From Vicinamibacterales bacterium (GTDB taxonomy: Bacteria; Acidobacteriota; Vicinamibacteria; Vicinamibacterales; CAVVIG01), in the NCBI GenBank assembly GCA_036489235.1, contig DASXGC010000038.1, positions 5,704 to 69,703 of the forward strand: a stretch of 64,000 nucleotides of DNA, read 5' to 3'. The translations under genes were made by a program, and so were the position numbers. Positions 59,436 to 64,000 of the stretch are shown here, piece after piece. Each line of letters begins with the position of its first letter. Positions within the stretch are counted from its first letter, which is position 1. Under the pieces are notes generated by a model. The model did no database searches and was not told where the DNA came from. It saw only the letters and a program-made list of their open reading frames with translations.

Positions 59436-60342
59436 GTGCCCCGCGTCATATCGCTCACGCCGACTGCTCCTGCCTTGCCACGGCTGCCCAAACCGGACTG
59501 GCTGAAAGTCCGTGCGCCAGGCTCGCCGAACTACCAGCGCCTGCGGGGCCTCATGCGCGAGCTGAACCTGCACACGGTGTGCGAGGAAGCGCAGTGCCCG
59601 AACATCGGCGAATGCTGGAATCACGGGACGGCGACATTCATGATTCTCGGCGACGTCTGCACGCGCGCCTGCGCCTACTGTGCCGTGGCGCACGGCCGGC
59701 CGGCGGCGGTTGACACCGCCGAACCGGTCAGGGTCGCCGAAGCGATCCGCACCCTCGATCTCAACTATGTGGTGATCACCTCGGTCGATCGCGACGACCT
59801 CGCGGACGGTGGCGCGTCGATCTTCGCGGAAACGATTCGCGAAACGCGGGCCCGGCTGGCGACCTGCCGCATCGAAGTGTTGATTCCCGACTTTCAGGGC
59901 AACGAGCCTGCGCTTCAGTCCGTGCTCGACGCGCGGCCGGACATCCTCAACCACAACACCGAGACCGTGCCTCGCCTGTACCGGATGGCGCGCTCGGGCG
60001 GGCGCTATGCGCGCACGCTCGAACTGCTGGATCGGTCGCGCCGCTACGCGCCGGACATTCCGACCAAAACCGGCGTCATGGTCGGGCTCGGCGAAGAGCG
60101 GGACGAGCTGCTGTCGACGTTCCGGGATTTACGAGAGGCGGGCTGCGGCATCCTGACGATCGGACAGTATCTCCGTCCGACCGCGCAGCATGCGCCTATG
60201 GTGCGTTACTACGATCCTGAGGAATTCGCCGATCTCAAGCGTGAGGCCCTCGCGATGGGCTTCGTCCATGTCGAATCTGGCCCGCTCGTGCGCAGCTCGT
60301 ACCACGCCCATGAGACCGCCGACGCCTACGCGGCGGCGGCGC

Positions 60343-60353
<11 letters not shown>
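59436..60353 (+). CDS. lipA: lipoyl synthase
   Basis: N-terminal cluster motif [13 protein letters not shown], radical-SAM CTRACAYC, and C-terminal VRSSYHA. Confidence 0.93.
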
Positions 60354-61941
<1,588 letters not shown>

Positions 61942-62125
61942 CTGTTTAAGTACATGACATTAATGTTGCTTCTGACAATTTATGTTCTCTGGGCGTAGGT
62001 CTTATCAAACTACGTTTTTGTCTGAAGATAGCTGCTGCCAGACTTAAACGTCTGATCTGTCGATAACCGCCGGCTCAAATCCTCAAAAACAAGCCTGTTT
62101 TCGAGTCCTGTCTCGTGACGTCTCC

Positions 62126-62713
62126 ATGGTCTGCATCTTGCTCGCCATCGAGTTAATGCCGTCGTCGTCGATTAGCCGCGCCCTCCTGCTGTTCACGTTT
62201 GCTGGAGGGCTCGCGTCGTCAACGCCGGCAGTCGCCCAGGATGACTGGCTGCCGCCGCCACATGTGCGGCCGGCGCCGGAAATGCGGGCGTTGTTTGACG
62301 AAGCGACGGGCCGATCGCCGACGGTCCGAGGGCTCGTGAACTGGCTGGAAATACTCGATGTGACGGTTTATGTGAGAACGCAGGACGTCATGCCGCCTGG
62401 ACTCATCGGCCGCGCCGCGCTCCTGTCAGTGAACGGCTCGCACCGCTACATCGTGATCGACGTCGCCTCGCAGCGCACGGCGATCGAAACGATCAGCACG
62501 CTCGGCCATGAACTGTTTCATGCGATCGAGATCGCAAGGGAACCGTCGATTGTCGACCCTCGAACTTTGGGGGAGTTTTTCCAACGGGCCGGCCGGGAGA
62601 CTGGGGACGCCGACGGCAGGCGGACATTTGAAACGCAGGAAGCGGCAGCAACAGGAACACGGGTAAGGCGGGAATTGCTCGCCTGGAACACGAGGCACAG
62701 CAATGGAACTTGA
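62126..62713 (+). CDS. hypothetical secreted protein with HExxH motif (LGHELFHAIE)
   Basis: Signal-like N-terminus (alternative start ATG 62156: MPSSSISRALLLFTFAGGLASSTPAVAQ). A single HELFH motif is followed by AIEIA. Codon usage is less GC3-biased than in neighbouring genes. Confidence 0.6.
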   Translation: MVCILLAIELMPSSSISRALLLFTFAGGLASSTPAVAQDDWLPPPHVRPAPEMRALFDEATGRSPTVRGLVNWLEILDVTVYVRTQDVMPPGLIGRAALLSVNGSHRYIVIDVASQRTAIETISTLGHELFHAIEIAREPSIVDPRTLGEFFQRAGRETGDADGRRTFETQEAAATGTRVRRELLAWNTRHSNGT

Positions 62714-62897
62714 ACACGTCGTCCGGCGCGTGAGGGAAGAATTCAGGGAGATGCCAGGCCTGCGACTGACGCCGGCGCAGGCGATGAAACTGTGGGGCCT
62801 CGAGACGGACACCTGCCGCAACGTGATCGATGCGCTCGTCGCGGCGGCCTTCCTTCGCTGGACGCCTGCGGGTGCCGTGACGCGAGCCGAGACGTAG
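62703..62897 (+). CDS. small hypothetical protein, helix-rich (possible winged-helix)
   Basis: 64 codons, overlapping the previous gene by 11 nt. Sequence: EFREMPGLRLTPAQAMKLWGLETDTCRNVIDALVAAAFLRWTPAGAV. The fold assignment is inference. Confidence 0.5.
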   Translation: MELEHVVRRVREEFREMPGLRLTPAQAMKLWGLETDTCRNVIDALVAAAFLRWTPAGAVTRAET

Positions 62898-62904
62898 CGT
62901 CGCG

Positions 62905-64000
62905 TCAGATGTGCGCGGTCAGCGGATCCTGAACCGCGTGTCCGGCATCGAGCGCCGCCAGCAGCGGCCCGACCATGACCGGCGCGCGAGTGAAAATGCC
63001 GTCGCCGACGGCGTCGGCAATCGCATTGAGAACCGCACAGCAGCCCGCCGCCACCGGCGGCTCGCCGATCCCGCGTGCGCCGACCGGCGTTTCCGGGTCT
63101 GGCAGGTTCAACGCGGCCCACGACATTTTCTGCGGCGCATCCAGAATCGTCGGCGGCTTGTTCTGATAGAACCGTTTCGCCAGCGGCAGTCCGTATTGCT
63201 GGTCGTAAATCCAGTGCTGACCGATGGCGTGGCCGATGCCGAGCATCGAACGCCCGAGCACCTGCCCGCCCAACGCGTGCGGATGAATCACCGTGCCGAC
63301 GTCGGCTACCGCCAGATAATCGAGGATGTGGTACTTGCCGGTCTCGACGTCGACTTCGACTTCCGCGAAGCCGGCCACGAATGAAAGGGTGACGCCGTCG
63401 CGCGGATAGGCATCGCGCGCGACTCCCATCAAACCCTGCCCCGCGAGCGCGGTGGCTGACGTCTTCGTGAAGCCGTTGATGCTGTCCGGCAGCTGATGAC
63501 CGTCGTACACGCCGCCGAGGTCGATAGCCTTTTGCGCGGCCTGGGCGAGCGTCAGGCTGCCGCCGGGACCGGACACACGTTCGTTGGCCACGGTGTAGTG
63601 CTCGGGTTTGCCGCCATGCACCTTGGCGGCGATCTCCTGCAGCTTTTTGACCGCGTCAGCACCGGCTGCGTGCGCCGCCCGCGTGTGTGCGTGCGTGGTC
63701 TGACTGCCGCCGGAGACGCAACTCCACGGAAGATTTTGCGATGTGTTACCCCAGGTCACATCCACTTTCTCCCACGGGATGCCGACCAGTTCAGCGGATA
63801 CTCGATGGCAATCGCTCATCGACTCGGTGCCGAGGTTGCCGATGCCTGACTGCACGTACATGCGGCCGTCCGGCTTGATCACGAACAGCCCGTCGTAGCC
63901 GGTCGAGCCCGAGACGAACACGCTGGTGGACACGCCGTACCCGCGCACCTTGGAACCCTGCCGCTTGCCGCCCTGGACCTTGCGTTCGTGCCAGCGGAAC
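62905..64000 (-). CDS. molybdopterin-binding large subunit of xanthine dehydrogenase / aldehyde oxidase family, C-terminal part; 5' end beyond window
   Basis: GIGNLGTES..., VADVGTVIHPHALGGQVLG, and PVGARGIGEPPV. The frame stays open upstream of the track's GTG (...FRWHERKVQGGKRQGSKVRGYG) to nt 64000. Confidence 0.88.
   Translation of the reverse strand, partial: FRWHERKVQGGKRQGSKVRGYGVSTSVFVSGSTGYDGLFVIKPDGRMYVQSGIGNLGTESMSDCHRVSAELVGIPWEKVDVTWGNTSQNLPWSCVSGGSQTTHAHTRAAHAAGADAVKKLQEIAAKVHGGKPEHYTVANERVSGPGGSLTLAQAAQKAIDLGGVYDGHQLPDSINGFTKTSATALAGQGLMGVARDAYPRDGVTLSFVAGFAEVEVDVETGKYHILDYLAVADVGTVIHPHALGGQVLGRSMLGIGHAIGQHWIYDQQYGLPLAKRFYQNKPPTILDAPQKMSWAALNLPDPETPVGARGIGEPPVAAGCCAVLNAIADAVGDGIFTRAPVMVGPLLAALDAGHAVQDPLTAHI

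Noticed and set aside
62126-62897. HExxH protein plus small helix-rich protein as an ImmA/IrrE-ImmR-type or toxin-antitoxin pair
   Set aside because: The HExxH protein has a signal-peptide-like N-terminus. The gene order and sizes do not match ImmR/ImmA, and there is no recognisable Xre HTH.

Overview
GC-rich, almost fully coding chromosomal segment with about 60 CDS on both strands. I recognised no rRNA, tRNA, CRISPR array, transposase or integrase. Gene content (an ADOP-type duplicated FtsX permease, CarboxypepD_reg-type TonB-dependent receptors, LVIVD and PD40/Omp85 proteins, two sigma-54 activators) suggests an Acidobacteriota-like soil bacterium; this is inference only. Many ORF-track entries are antisense shadows or N-terminally over-extended, and I re-set starts where a signal peptide plus SD made the choice clear. 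Layout, left to right: S45 acylase (partial); haem-c/PHM-like copper protein; two tandem M20 amidohydrolases; YheT hydrolase; DUF853 ATPase; DUF72; CusF-SCO lipoprotein; a MarR-controlled MacAB-like exporter operon that also carries a Delta9 desaturase; an ECF sigma/anti-sigma/TlpA module; a peptidase-MA/PD40/Omp85 fusion; TPR plus twin retropepsin; an isolated fdx-nuoB-nuoI module; an OMP/cupredoxin/HK/sigma-54 RR operon; a frameshifted TBDR; LytS/LytTR; mgtE-DUF305-LVIVD; a Cys-rich/TBDR/BNR/Prx operon divergent from a His-rich barrel/MgtE-sensor-only protein/NRAMP homologue; a boxBC benzoyl-CoA cluster with TetR and EthD; ADOP; lipA; a GAF sigma-54 activator next to an AT-rich spacer and an HExxH pair; and a Mo-hydroxylase subunit (partial). 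Best candidates for something undescribed: (1) at 47946-50434, a pore-less MgtE-type cytosolic Mg sensor coupled to an NRAMP homologue with Mg-clade site substitutions; (2) at 26455-32394, an outer-membrane barrel plus amicyanin-like cupredoxin wired to a sigma-54 two-component system; (3) at 19898-23032, a gluzincin-PD40-Omp85 single-chain protein. Non-coding oddities: a 203-bp tandem duplication (879-1285), REP-like double hairpins (10776-10968), and an inverted array of 8-bp repeats with phased GATC sites (52677-52823).
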